A stretch of DNA of 64,000 nucleotides from Chloroflexota bacterium (GCA_016194865.1 JACQAT010000001.1:9457-73456); one strand, 5' to 3'; positions 8,138-17,138 are shown, counted from the stretch's first letter. The notes: a model not told the origin generated them from the letters alone. Numbers and translations: made by a program.

Positions 8138-9292
8138 CTAGCGGAGACGCGGATCGACCGCGAGTGCGAGCGCCGACCCGGTCCACCGGACGTACGCCAG
8201 GTCGTCGAGCTGTGGCCCGGTGTGCTTCGTGGCCGAGAACGAGTACGTCGTCGCGATGAGCGCGACCGAGGTCGCCTCGAGGCGGTCGCGCATCCGCGCG
8301 CGATCGTGCGGGCCGGCGGTCTCGGCGACGAGCTCGAGGAGCGTCAGCGCGTCGTACGCCGCGGCCGCCGCGCTGCTCGGGGGGCCGTGCCGGTCTGTAT
8401 ATGCCTGCAGGAACTGACGGCGCGCCACCACCGTGGGTGTCGGCGGGATCGCGGCCATCACGAGATCGCGTGACGCTGGCCATTGCGCGAGCGTGACGTC
8501 CTTGAAGCTGCCGAGCTCGCTCGGCTCGGTGACGTACGACAGATAGGAGAGCGGGCCGATGTTCCCCCGCGTGATCGCGGCCCCATCGCGCGGCGCGCCG
8601 ACGACATGGACGGAGCTGGTCACGGTCAACAGCCGCGTGATCACATCCGGCGGCGTCCGGTCCGCGCCGTCCAGGTTGGCGGTGGTCAGCAGCTGATCGC
8701 CGCGCCGCCTCGCCTCGGTCATCAGCGCGAGGGCCTCCGAGCGCGCGAGCGCGGTGTCCTGCGCGAAGAGCAGCACGCCGGCACGCCCGACGCCACGCGC
8801 GGTCGCATCGTCCAGGGCGGCCTTCGCGAGCTCCTCGCGTGTCGGCGCAAGGCCGAACAGCCAACGACCGGATTGCGCGCCGTCGAGGGGTAGCGTCGTG
8901 AGCACCGGGAGCGCCGCGACGTCGGTCGCCGCGACGAAGCCCCCGAGCTCGCGTGTGATGGGCACGCCGATGATGACCGCGTCCGCGCGCTCCTCATCGG
9001 TGGCGCGGCGCAGCGCGATCAGCAGCTTCGCGTCGCTGCTCTCCACGTCGACGGTCTTGACGCGTGTGCGGACCGGCGCGGGCCCACGGGTCTGCCGCTG
9101 ATCGAGCCACAGCTGGATCGCGTTGCGCTGCGCGGTGCCGCTCGGCCGCCGATCGCCGGAGAGATCGAGCAGGATGGTGACGTCGAGGACGCCGGCCTCG
9201 GGGGATGGCAGCGGCGTCGCCACGACCGGCGGCGGCTGACCGCACGCAGCCACGATCGAGAGGCACAGCGCGAGCGCGAGAGGGCGGATCAG
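8138..9292 (-). CDS. type-I periplasmic binding protein (LivJ-like) lipoprotein
   Basis: The body is a PBP1 fold with alternating beta-alpha segments (VIIGVPIT, VLLFAQD). The first canonical start (GTG 9253) would begin at AACGQ. Upstream codons encode LIRPLALALCLSIVAAC, a signal peptide plus lipobox, so the start was extended to CTG 9292. Confidence 0.65.
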   Translation of the reverse strand: MIRPLALALCLSIVAACGQPPPVVATPLPSPEAGVLDVTILLDLSGDRRPSGTAQRNAIQLWLDQRQTRGPAPVRTRVKTVDVESSDAKLLIALRRATDEERADAVIIGVPITRELGGFVAATDVAALPVLTTLPLDGAQSGRWLFGLAPTREELAKAALDDATARGVGRAGVLLFAQDTALARSEALALMTEARRRGDQLLTTANLDGADRTPPDVITRLLTVTSSVHVVGAPRDGAAITRGNIGPLSYLSYVTEPSELGSFKDVTLAQWPASRDLVMAAIPPTPTVVARRQFLQAYTDRHGPPSSAAAAAYDALTLLELVAETAGPHDRARMRDRLEATSVALIATTYSFSATKHTGPQLDDLAYVRWTGSALALAVDPRLR

Positions 9293-10332
9293 GCGCGCGT
9301 GCCGCGTGGGAGCGGCCGATCCTCCGCGTACACGTGTCGTGCCGCGTCCTCGGGTCTCGGGTCCGGTTCGGATTCCGCCTGGTCGATGGCCTGCTCGATC
9401 TCAGCGACCACGCTCGCGCGGACCTCGTCGAACCACACAGCGCTCACGCCCTGCTCCGTGAGGTAGGCGCGGCCCTTGTCGATCGGGTCGCGCGCGCGCC
9501 AGTACGCGAGGGTCTCCTTCGAGCGGTACTTGCTGTCGTCGTCGTCGGAGGTGTGGGGCAGGTAGCGGTAGCACTTGAGCTCCACGAGCGACGGCCCCCT
9601 GCCCGCGCGCGCGCGCGCCGCGGCCTCCTTCACCTTCTCGAAGGAGTCGAGGACGTCCATGCCATCGGCGATGAGGCCGGGCATCGCGTACGCGGCCGCG
9701 CGATCGGCCACGTTCTTCACGGCCATCTGCTGCTCGAAGGTCGTGCTGATCGCGAGGAGGTTGTTCTCGATCACGAAGACGACCGGGAGCTTGTGCACCG
9801 ACGCGAAGTTCATGGACTCGTGCCAATCGCCGGGGCTCGTGGCCGCCTCGCCGCCGAACACGAACACGATGTGGTCTTCCTTCTTGATCTTGGCGGCGAG
9901 CGCGAGCCCGACGGCGTGCGGGAACTGCGTCGCGATGTTGACCGATCCGCTGAGGATCCTGTTCTCGACCGAGGAGAACTGATTGAGCAGCTGCCGGCCG
10001 CCTGAGGTCGGGTCGGTCGCCTTCGCGAAGACGCCGCGGAACTCGTCGACCGTCGAGAGGCCGAGCACGATCGCGACGCCGAGATCGCGGTAATACGGGA
10101 CGCACCAGTCCTTGCCGCGCTGGATCGCCCAGCCCGCGCCCACCTCGGCGGCCTCGTGGCCGTCGGAGGCCGCGCTGAACGCCACGCGGCCCATCCGGTT
10201 GAGCTGCATCATTCTTTCGCCCACGAGGCGCATAAGCAGCATCTGGCGATACATGGTCTTCACGTCCTCGAGCGCGAGCCCGAGGCGCTCGTGTCGGGCC
10301 CCCGCCTTCGCCTTTTTCGCGCTCACCGCCAC
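9289..10332 (-). CDS. thiamine-diphosphate-dependent 2-oxoacid dehydrogenase E1 component, alpha subunit (orphan)
   Basis: 347 aa. The TPP-binding region is FGGEAATSPGDWHESMNFASVHKLPVVFVIENN, and the C-terminal YRYLPHTSDDD matches the E1-alpha phospho-loop region. No E1-beta or E2 gene is adjacent. Confidence 0.8.
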   Translation of the reverse strand: MAVSAKKAKAGARHERLGLALEDVKTMYRQMLLMRLVGERMMQLNRMGRVAFSAASDGHEAAEVGAGWAIQRGKDWCVPYYRDLGVAIVLGLSTVDEFRGVFAKATDPTSGGRQLLNQFSSVENRILSGSVNIATQFPHAVGLALAAKIKKEDHIVFVFGGEAATSPGDWHESMNFASVHKLPVVFVIENNLLAISTTFEQQMAVKNVADRAAAYAMPGLIADGMDVLDSFEKVKEAAARARAGRGPSLVELKCYRYLPHTSDDDDSKYRSKETLAYWRARDPIDKGRAYLTEQGVSAVWFDEVRASVVAEIEQAIDQAESEPDPRPEDAARHVYAEDRPLPRGTRA

Positions 10333-10364
10333 GCCGAGAGCCTATACTTGGGCTTGGCCAACGG

Positions 10365-10451
10365 CCTGCTAGGGGTGCGCGAAAGCGCTGAGAGGTGGCA
10401 TCGACCACCAACCCTTGAACCTGATCCGGATCATTCCGGCGGAGGAAAGCA
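10365..10451 (+). promoter_or_regulatory. TPP (THI-box) riboswitch
   Basis: CUAGGGGUGC..GCUGAGA..ACCCUUGAACCUGAUCCGGAUCAUUCCGGCGGAGGAA matches the TPP aptamer core almost base for base. UGCU (10367-70) can pair with AGCA (10448-51), forming P1. The SD GGAGGAAAG and ATG 10452 abut the 3' half. A TATACT -10-like hexamer lies at 10343-10348. Confidence 0.9.
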
Positions 10452-11054
10452 ATGGCGACCGCGCCTCCCTCATCCCTCCCTTTCTTCGGAGCGCGTATCT
10501 CGCTGTACCCGATGACCGATCGCTACGTGCCGGTCATCCTCAGCGCGATCGACGGGCTCAAGGACGCCGGCCTCGAGGTCGAGACCGACGAGATCTCGAC
10601 GTTCCTCGGCGGCGACCGCAACGCGATCTGGTCCGCGCTCGAGCGCGTCTTCGCGAGGGCGGCCAGGACGGGCGAGCACGTCGTGATGGCCGCGCTCATC
10701 TCGCACGGCTGCCCCGGCGAGGCCTATTGCGAGCCCGACCCGCTGACCGGCACCGCGCGCGCCGCGACGACCCACGACGGCAAGGGCGTGCCCGCCTCCG
10801 CGCAGTGGTCCCTCTACCCGCTCGGTGCCGGGACGTATATGGACGTCATCTACAGCGAGATCGCGCGCACGAAGCAGAGCGGCGTCTTCAGCGGCGGCGC
10901 GCATTTCGTGTCAAAGCTCGACGGCGACGTCTGCGGTGTCCTCGACGGGGTCCGCGGCGCCTTCGATGACGCCTGCGGCCAGGTATCCCATGTCGTCGCG
11001 CACGTGACCCTCTCAGCAAATAGCCCGACGAAGAAGAAAGGAACCTCGATATGA
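10452..11054 (+). CDS. ykoF: YkoF-like HMP/thiamine-binding protein (tandem ACT-like domains)
   Basis: RISLYPMTD and a second WSLYPLG repeat, plus the C-terminal LSANSPTKKK, closely mirror Bacillus YkoF as I recall it. It is the first gene after the TPP riboswitch. Confidence 0.85.
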   Translation: MATAPPSSLPFFGARISLYPMTDRYVPVILSAIDGLKDAGLEVETDEISTFLGGDRNAIWSALERVFARAARTGEHVVMAALISHGCPGEAYCEPDPLTGTARAATTHDGKGVPASAQWSLYPLGAGTYMDVIYSEIARTKQSGVFSGGAHFVSKLDGDVCGVLDGVRGAFDDACGQVSHVVAHVTLSANSPTKKKGTSI

Positions 11055-12133
11055 GCCTCGCACGCGGGGTCGCCATCGGCGGCGCCCTCATCGCGCTGAT
11101 CGCGTTCTTCCTTCCCTGGATCGCGTACAGCAACGGCCAGTTCAGCGGCGCCGCGATGGCCGGTGCCGTCACCAGCGCCGGCGGACTTCGTGGCTTCGAC
11201 GTCGCGCTGTACCTCGTTCCTGTGCTCGCGCTGGTGGCCGTCGCGTTCGCCTGGCTGAGCCGCATGAGCGCCGACCCGGAGCGCGAGACGCGCCTGCGTC
11301 TGCTCGGCGCGGCGGCCACGGTCGCCGGCCTCGCGGTCGCGCTGCTCTTCCTCGGGAGCGCGTTGCTCGGCGGCGCGCCGGGGATCCAGTTCCAGCCCGC
11401 GCTGGTGCGGACCGACACGTCCGTCACCGCCGCGGTGCCGAAGGCGCTGAACGCCGGGACGCTCGTGGGCGTCGGCGTCGGCATCTATCTGACGATCCTC
11501 GGCTTCCTCGCGTCGACGCTCGGCGCGCTGCTCCAGCGGCCCGCCACACCTGAGGCCGCGGCGCGCGCGGCGTGGCGCACGCAGGACTACGTCATGGTCG
11601 CGGTCCTCGCGGTCGTCTTCGGCGCCATCTACTGGGCCTGGCTGCAGCCCTACCTGTGGGTCGAGGGCATCGCCGCGCAGCCGGGTCAGGAGCTCTTCTT
11701 CGCGGTCTGGTTCACCAGCGGTCTCCTTGGTGGATACATCATCCGCAGACCCGGCGCGGCATTCTTGACGGAGACGCTCACCGGCGCGGCGGAGGTCCTC
11801 ATCGGCGCCCCGGCCGGCCCGGTCCTGGTGATCACGGCGATGATGGAGGCGCTCGGCGCCGAGCTCGTCTTCGCCTCCACGGGCTACAAGCGCTGGGGCT
11901 GGAAGACGATGCTCATCGCGGGCGCGGCCTCGGCGCTCGTCGCGCTTCCCTGGAACTGGTTCCGCCTCGGCTACTTCGCGCTCAACCCCGGCCTGCTCAT
12001 CGCGCTCCTCGCCATCCGGCTCATCGGTGGCGCGCTCGCGGGAGGCGGCGCCAAGTTCCTCGGTGATCTGATCGCCGCGACGGGCTCGCTCAATTACTTC
12101 GCGCTCGGCCGGGAGCGCGTGCGGGAGATCTAG
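11051..12133 (+). CDS. ykoE: YkoE-like ECF transporter S component with a ~170-aa N-terminal 4-TM extension
   Basis: ATGA overlap with ykoF. The C-terminal ~190 aa (WRTQDYVMVAVLAVVFGAIYWAW...) are S-component-like. The N-terminal half is an additional hydrophobic module. Confidence 0.7.
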   Translation: MSLARGVAIGGALIALIAFFLPWIAYSNGQFSGAAMAGAVTSAGGLRGFDVALYLVPVLALVAVAFAWLSRMSADPERETRLRLLGAAATVAGLAVALLFLGSALLGGAPGIQFQPALVRTDTSVTAAVPKALNAGTLVGVGVGIYLTILGFLASTLGALLQRPATPEAAARAAWRTQDYVMVAVLAVVFGAIYWAWLQPYLWVEGIAAQPGQELFFAVWFTSGLLGGYIIRRPGAAFLTETLTGAAEVLIGAPAGPVLVITAMMEALGAELVFASTGYKRWGWKTMLIAGAASALVALPWNWFRLGYFALNPGLLIALLAIRLIGGALAGGGAKFLGDLIAATGSLNYFALGRERVREI

Positions 12134-13749
12134 CGACACTCTTCGCGCGGGCCGACGCGCTCACCGTCCGGCACGTCGGACGGCGCGCGCCGGCCCTGCG
12201 CGAGCTCACGCTCGAGTGGCGCGAGGGGGAGCGCCTGCTGCTGCTCGGGGCATCGGGCAGCGGCAAGAGCACGCTGGCGCTGTGTTTGGATGGCGTCATC
12301 CCACATGCGCTCGACGCGCACTGGGACGGCGGATCGCTCGTCGTCGCGGGGCGCGAGACGCGCTCCGCGAGCCTCGCCGACCTGACGCGCCAGGTCGCCG
12401 TCCTCTTCCAGGACCCGGAAACGCAGCTCGCGATGCTCGAGGTCGACGACGAGGTTGCCTTCGGCCTCGAGAACCACGGCGTCGATCGCGCCGAAATGCG
12501 CCGCCGCGTCGCCAGCGCGAAGGCGCGCCTCGGCCTCGAGGGCGAGCGCGTCCCGCGACGGCTCGATCAGCTCTCCGGCGGGATGAAGCAGCGCGTGACC
12601 CTCGCCTCGCTCCTCGCGCTCGAACCGCGTGGGCTCGTGCTCGACGAGCCGACGGCGAATCTCGACGGCGACGGCGCGCGCGCCGTGCTGGACGCGATCG
12701 CCGAGCTCGCCCGAGATCGGTCGCGCTCGCTGCTGCTCATCGAGCATCGCCTCGACGACGTGCTGGCGCTCATCGATCGCGTCGCGGTGCTCGGCGACGA
12801 CGGCTCGCTTGCGCTCGGCGGCACAGCGGAGGAGGTCTTCGTCGCCGGCCAGGACCGGCTCGACGAGCTCGGCGTGTGGATCCCGCAGTTGCGCCTGCTC
12901 GCTCGCGCGCTCGGCAGCGATGCGCTCCCGCGAAGCCCCGCGGAAGCGGCGCGGATCGTGGTCGAGCGCTGGCCGGCACATCGCTCCGTCCCTCCGGCCG
13001 ACCCGTCGCCCGGCGCGCCCGCGATCGTCGCGCGCGGCGTCTCGTATCGCTACGGACGCGGCGCTCCCTGGGCGGTCGACGGTGTCGGCCTCGCCGTCGC
13101 GTCCGGCGAGTTCGTCGCGCTGGTGGGAGCGAACGGCTCCGGGAAGAGCACGCTCGGCCTGCTGCTGGCGGGCGCGCTGCGAGCGGCTCGCGGGACCATC
13201 GACTCCACCGCGCGGGTCGGCTATGTCTTCCAGTATCCCGAGCACCAGCTCGTGACCACGACGGTCGCCGGCGAGTTCCGGGTCACCGGCGCCCCGGAGG
13301 AGCGTGTGGCGGCCCTCCTGGCGCGTATCGGTCTGGCCGCGCTCGCCGAGGCGAATCCGTTCACCCTCAGCCACGGGCAGAAGCGGCGCCTCTCCGTCGC
13401 GACGGCCCTCGCGATCGATCCGGACGTGCTCATCCTCGACGAGCCCACCTTCGGCCAGGATCGCCGCCACAGCGAGGAGCTGCTCGCGATGCTCGAGGAG
13501 CTGCACCGCGAGGGCCGTGCGGTGGTCGTGATCACGCATGACCTTCCGCTCGTGGCCGATCACGCGGAGCGCGTCATCGAGCTGCGCGACGGGCGGGTCG
13601 TCTTCGACGGTCCGGCGCAGCGGTACTTCGAGCCGGCCGAGCGGGGCAGGCCACCGGTCGCCGAGGCGTTCCGGATCGCGCGGCTCGAGCGCGCGGACGT
13701 GCCGCCGCTCCTCGGGCTGCGCGCGGTGCAGCGGGCGCTTGGCCGATGA
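12133..13749 (+). CDS. ykoD: YkoD-like duplicated ECF/ABC ATPase (two nucleotide-binding domains)
   Basis: Two Walker A sites (GASGSGKST, GANGSGKST) and two signature/Walker B sets (LSGGMKQRV..LVLDEPT and LSHGQKRRL..LILDEPT). The homologous N-terminus LFARADALTVRH starts near 12139, but no ATG/GTG/TTG exists upstream of TTG 12286, so the start coordinate is unresolved. Confidence 0.75.
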   Translation, partial: ATLFARADALTVRHVGRRAPALRELTLEWREGERLLLLGASGSGKSTLALCLDGVIPHALDAHWDGGSLVVAGRETRSASLADLTRQVAVLFQDPETQLAMLEVDDEVAFGLENHGVDRAEMRRRVASAKARLGLEGERVPRRLDQLSGGMKQRVTLASLLALEPRGLVLDEPTANLDGDGARAVLDAIAELARDRSRSLLLIEHRLDDVLALIDRVAVLGDDGSLALGGTAEEVFVAGQDRLDELGVWIPQLRLLARALGSDALPRSPAEAARIVVERWPAHRSVPPADPSPGAPAIVARGVSYRYGRGAPWAVDGVGLAVASGEFVALVGANGSGKSTLGLLLAGALRAARGTIDSTARVGYVFQYPEHQLVTTTVAGEFRVTGAPEERVAALLARIGLAALAEANPFTLSHGQKRRLSVATALAIDPDVLILDEPTFGQDRRHSEELLAMLEELHREGRAVVVITHDLPLVADHAERVIELRDGRVVFDGPAQRYFEPAERGRPPVAEAFRIARLERADVPPLLGLRAVQRALGR

Positions 13750-14516
13750 GCGTGCCCTATCTCCTCCGTCGCAACCCGACCGCGAAGCTCGCCGTCACGA
13801 TCGCGCTCTCGCTGCTGCTCGTGCTCGTCATCGATCCCTACACGCCGCTGTTGTTCATCGCCTTCGCGCTCCTCGCGGGCGTCGCGCTCGGCGGGATCGG
13901 CGTCCGCACCTATGCGCGCGCGATCGTGCCGCTCGGCATCGTCGCGTTGGGCTTCGTGTGGAGCAACGCGGCCTTCGCGACGCCCGCGCCAGGTGACACG
14001 GTGCCCGCGGCCTGGGGACCGGTGCGCATCAGCGCGTCGGGCCTGCTGTTCGGCATCGGCATCGCCCTACGCGGTCTCGCGATCGGCATCGTGTCCGTCA
14101 CGTTCATCCGGAGCACCGATCCGACCGACCTCGTGGTCTCGCTCGTGCGCGACGCGCGCGTGCCCTATCGGATCGCGTACGCGATGCTCGCGGCGTACCG
14201 CTTCCTGCCCTTCGTGGCGCAGGAGTACGAGCAGATCCGGCTCGCGCAGCGCGTGCGCGGCCTGCCGCGCACGCGGCCGCTCGCCGGGATCATCGCGCTG
14301 TTCTCCACCGCGCTCCGCCGCGCGACGCGGATCGCCGTCGCGATGGACGCGCGTGGCTTCGCGTCTGCGACGCGGCGCACGTTCTACCGCGACGTGCCCA
14401 GCGTGAGCTCAGACGTGCCATTCGCGATCGTGTCGCTCCTCGTGGCGCTCGCGGTCATCGCCCTCAGCGCGGCGGCGGGCTGGCTACGACTCTGGGACGG
14501 TCGCTTCTCGGCCTAG
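13746..14516 (+). CDS. ykoC: ECF transporter transmembrane (T) component, CbiQ/EcfT family
   Basis: ATGA overlap with the ATPase gene. 256 aa, multi-TM. Has the ARG-containing coupling helices (RVPYRIAYAML.., AVAMDARGF) typical of EcfT. Confidence 0.8.
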   Translation: MSVPYLLRRNPTAKLAVTIALSLLLVLVIDPYTPLLFIAFALLAGVALGGIGVRTYARAIVPLGIVALGFVWSNAAFATPAPGDTVPAAWGPVRISASGLLFGIGIALRGLAIGIVSVTFIRSTDPTDLVVSLVRDARVPYRIAYAMLAAYRFLPFVAQEYEQIRLAQRVRGLPRTRPLAGIIALFSTALRRATRIAVAMDARGFASATRRTFYRDVPSVSSDVPFAIVSLLVALAVIALSAAAGWLRLWDGRFSA

Positions 14517-15680
14517 CCGCCCCGGCTCGAACTCCTCATCTGCGATGTCGTCCCGCTCACCGGCGGTCAATGGCCGGAGCGGCGGCGAGAAGAAGCGCTG
14601 CGCGATCGCGGTCGGGATGATCGCGGAGAGGATCACCACCGTCACGAGGACCGAGAACTGAGAACGGTCGATGATCCCCGCGTTCAGGCCATACAGCGAG
14701 GAGATCGTGCCGAACGTCAGCCCGGTGCTCATCAGCAGCGTCGTGTAGGTCGCATGTGGACGGACGTAGCGCAAGGCCACCGGGAGCACGCCGGCGAACT
14801 TCAGGCCGACCTTCACGACGAAGAAGCCAACGAGCAGTGGCACCGATGTGGCGAGCGCGATGAGGCTCACGTTGAGGCCGCCCTTGAAGAAGAAGAACGG
14901 CGTGAGCAAGGAGAAGGCGACGACGCGGAATCGCTTTCGCTCCTCCGGATGCTTCTGGAAGACACGCGCGACGGCCAGACCGAGCAAGAAGGCCGGCAGT
15001 ACCGCGTGGCTGCCCGCGAGCTGCGCGGTCCACATGAGCAGGAAGAGCACGGCGAACGCCCCTTTGATCTCCGGCTCGATGACGCGGTCCCCGTAACGAG
15101 CGAAGAAGGGCCGTTGCAGCACGAGCAGCGCCACGATCGCCACGACCGAGACCGCGATGAACAGGAGCAGATACGGCGTGGGCTGGATGAACAGGATCGA
15201 GAGCGCGAGCGCCGTGCCCAGGTCCGTCACGAACGTCGCGGCCATGATGATCTTGCCGAGCTCCGTGCTCGTGAGCCCCGTTTCGACGAGCACGGCGTAC
15301 ACGACGGCCAGCGACGTGGTCGACAGTGCCACGCCGGCGATCTCCGATTGGCGAAGGTCCCAACCGGCGACGAGATACGCGAAGAGGCCGACGCCGATGA
15401 ACGGAAGCAGGAACGACAGCCCGCCGATCAGGACCGACTCCTTGATCTTGCGCCGCAGCAGCGACGGGTCCACCTCTGCGCCCGCGAGGAACGTGAGGAC
15501 GATCCCCGCGAAGGTGGCAAGGAAATCGATCGCGGGGATGGTCGTGACGCCGAGGAAGTTCCCGGCGACGACCCCGAGGAAGATCTCGATGATCGCGACG
15601 GAGAGGCCGAGCTCGACGCTGAGCATCGACGCCAGCAGCACGAGGAAGCCGAAGATCGTCGCGACAAGGAGCGGATCCAT
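14484..15680 (-). CDS. cation:proton antiporter (CPA1/CPA2, Kef/NhaP-like)
   Basis: About 12 TM segments of the Na_H_Exchanger type (LSVAIIEIFLGVVAGNFLG, ATFVTDLG). The start is placed at ATG 15680, which is preceded by GGTGGAGG. Confidence 0.8.
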   Translation of the reverse strand: MDPLLVATIFGFLVLLASMLSVELGLSVAIIEIFLGVVAGNFLGVTTIPAIDFLATFAGIVLTFLAGAEVDPSLLRRKIKESVLIGGLSFLLPFIGVGLFAYLVAGWDLRQSEIAGVALSTTSLAVVYAVLVETGLTSTELGKIIMAATFVTDLGTALALSILFIQPTPYLLLFIAVSVVAIVALLVLQRPFFARYGDRVIEPEIKGAFAVLFLLMWTAQLAGSHAVLPAFLLGLAVARVFQKHPEERKRFRVVAFSLLTPFFFFKGGLNVSLIALATSVPLLVGFFVVKVGLKFAGVLPVALRYVRPHATYTTLLMSTGLTFGTISSLYGLNAGIIDRSQFSVLVTVVILSAIIPTAIAQRFFSPPLRPLTAGERDDIADEEFEPGRLGREATVPES

Positions 15681-15780
15681 TGCACTGCCTCCACCGAACA
15701 TGATGTTTGGTAGAGGCCATCAGCCCGCCGACGGAGCGGCGCGGCGGTTTGGGCGAGCCTCATCGCCAGTAGGAACGAGT

Positions 15781-16185
15781 TTAGGACCGCAAGAGCACGA
15801 CCGCGAGCGCGAGCAGCCACAGGCCCAGCAGGGTGTGGTCCGCGCCGGCGACCCCGGGCTGGAATGGGGCCAGCGCCGCGAGGGCGAACGCGGCGGCACC
15901 GGCCGCGGCGGTGGCGTAGCCGAACGCGCGCGGCAGCACCCCCGTCTGCGCGCTCATCTTGCCGATGGTCCACCACCACACGCCCATCGCGAAGAGGCTC
16001 GCGGGGGCAGCGTTGGCATTGACGGAGGCGCTGATACCGACGGTCGCCGTGGCAGCACCGGCGATGGTGCCGAGGATCGCGCCGCTCTGACGGACGGCGG
16101 TATTCCGCACGTGGATGATCGCGATCGGCGGAAGCAGGAAGCCGTACCCCACGGCGACCAGCAACAGCGAGAGCGGACCCGTCAC
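15781..16185 (-). CDS. hypothetical small integral membrane protein
   Basis: The tail of the 485-aa track ORF is hydrophobic with about 4 TM segments (GPLSLLLVAVGYGFLL.., GVWWWTIGK..) and lies downstream of hbd. GTG 16185 is the first start codon past the hbd stop. No family was recognised. Confidence 0.4.
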   Translation of the reverse strand: MTGPLSLLLVAVGYGFLLPPIAIIHVRNTAVRQSGAILGTIAGAATATVGISASVNANAAPASLFAMGVWWWTIGKMSAQTGVLPRAFGYATAAAGAAAFALAALAPFQPGVAGADHTLLGLWLLALAVVLLRS

Positions 16186-16250
16186 GACGAGCAGCGCGAG
16201 CTGCGCGATCCCCGCGATGGCCGCCCAGACCGCGGCCTTGCGGGTCGCGG

Positions 16251-17138
16251 CTACTTCGTGGGCGTCGACGGCTTCTTCTGACCCTTCTCGTCGTATTCGT
16301 AGAAGCCGCGGCCGGCCTTCGCGCCGAGCCGGCCCGCGAGCACCATCCGCTTGAGCAGCGCCGGTGGCGCGACGCTCGGGTCGCGGAACTCCTCGAACAG
16401 GATGTTCGCCACGTGCAGGTTGATGTCGAGGCCGGTGTAGTCGATGAGCTCGAACGGGCCCATCGGGTGGCGCAGGCCGAGCTTCACGGCGTTGTCGATG
16501 TCCTCGACGGTCGCGACGCCCTGCTCGAGCGCGCGGATCGCGCCGAGCAGGTAGGGGACGAGGAGCCGGTTCACGATGAAGCCCGGCGTGTCCTTGCACA
16601 CCGCCGGCGTCTTGCCGAGCTTCGTCACGAAGGCGTGCAGCGTCGCCACCGTCGCGTCGCTCGTGGTGATCGCCTGGACCACCTCGACCAGCGGCATCAC
16701 CGGCGCGGGGTTGAAGAAGTGCAGTCCCGCGAAGCGATCCGGCCGCTTCGTGGTCGCGGCCATCTCGACGATCGTGAGGCTCGACGTATTCGAGCAGAAG
16801 ATCGTCTCGGGCCCGCACACGGCGTCGAGCTCGCCGAAGACCTGCTTCTTCGCGCCGATGACCTCGATGACCGCTTCGATGACGAGGTCGCGATCGTTGA
16901 AGTCGGCGAGGCTCGTCGTGCCGCGCATCCGTCCGCGGGCGGCCTTCGCCTGATCCTCGGTGGCGCGGCCGGCCTTCACGACCCGCGCGAGGGAGGAGTC
17001 CACGCGCGCGAAGCCCTTGTCGATGAAGCTCTGGTCGACCTCGCGCACCAGCGTGTCGAAGCCGGCCTGCGCGCAGACCTGCGCGATGCCCGAGCCCATG
17101 AGGCCGAAGCCGACGACGCCGACCTTTGTGATCTCCAT
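16251..17138 (-). CDS. hbd: 3-hydroxybutyryl-CoA / 3-hydroxyacyl-CoA dehydrogenase
   Basis: 295 aa. Has the VGVVGFGLMGSGIAQ Rossmann loop and the 3HCDH N- and C-domain layout (PGFIVNRLL). Confidence 0.9.
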   Translation of the reverse strand: MEITKVGVVGFGLMGSGIAQVCAQAGFDTLVREVDQSFIDKGFARVDSSLARVVKAGRATEDQAKAARGRMRGTTSLADFNDRDLVIEAVIEVIGAKKQVFGELDAVCGPETIFCSNTSSLTIVEMAATTKRPDRFAGLHFFNPAPVMPLVEVVQAITTSDATVATLHAFVTKLGKTPAVCKDTPGFIVNRLLVPYLLGAIRALEQGVATVEDIDNAVKLGLRHPMGPFELIDYTGLDINLHVANILFEEFRDPSVAPPALLKRMVLAGRLGAKAGRGFYEYDEKGQKKPSTPTK

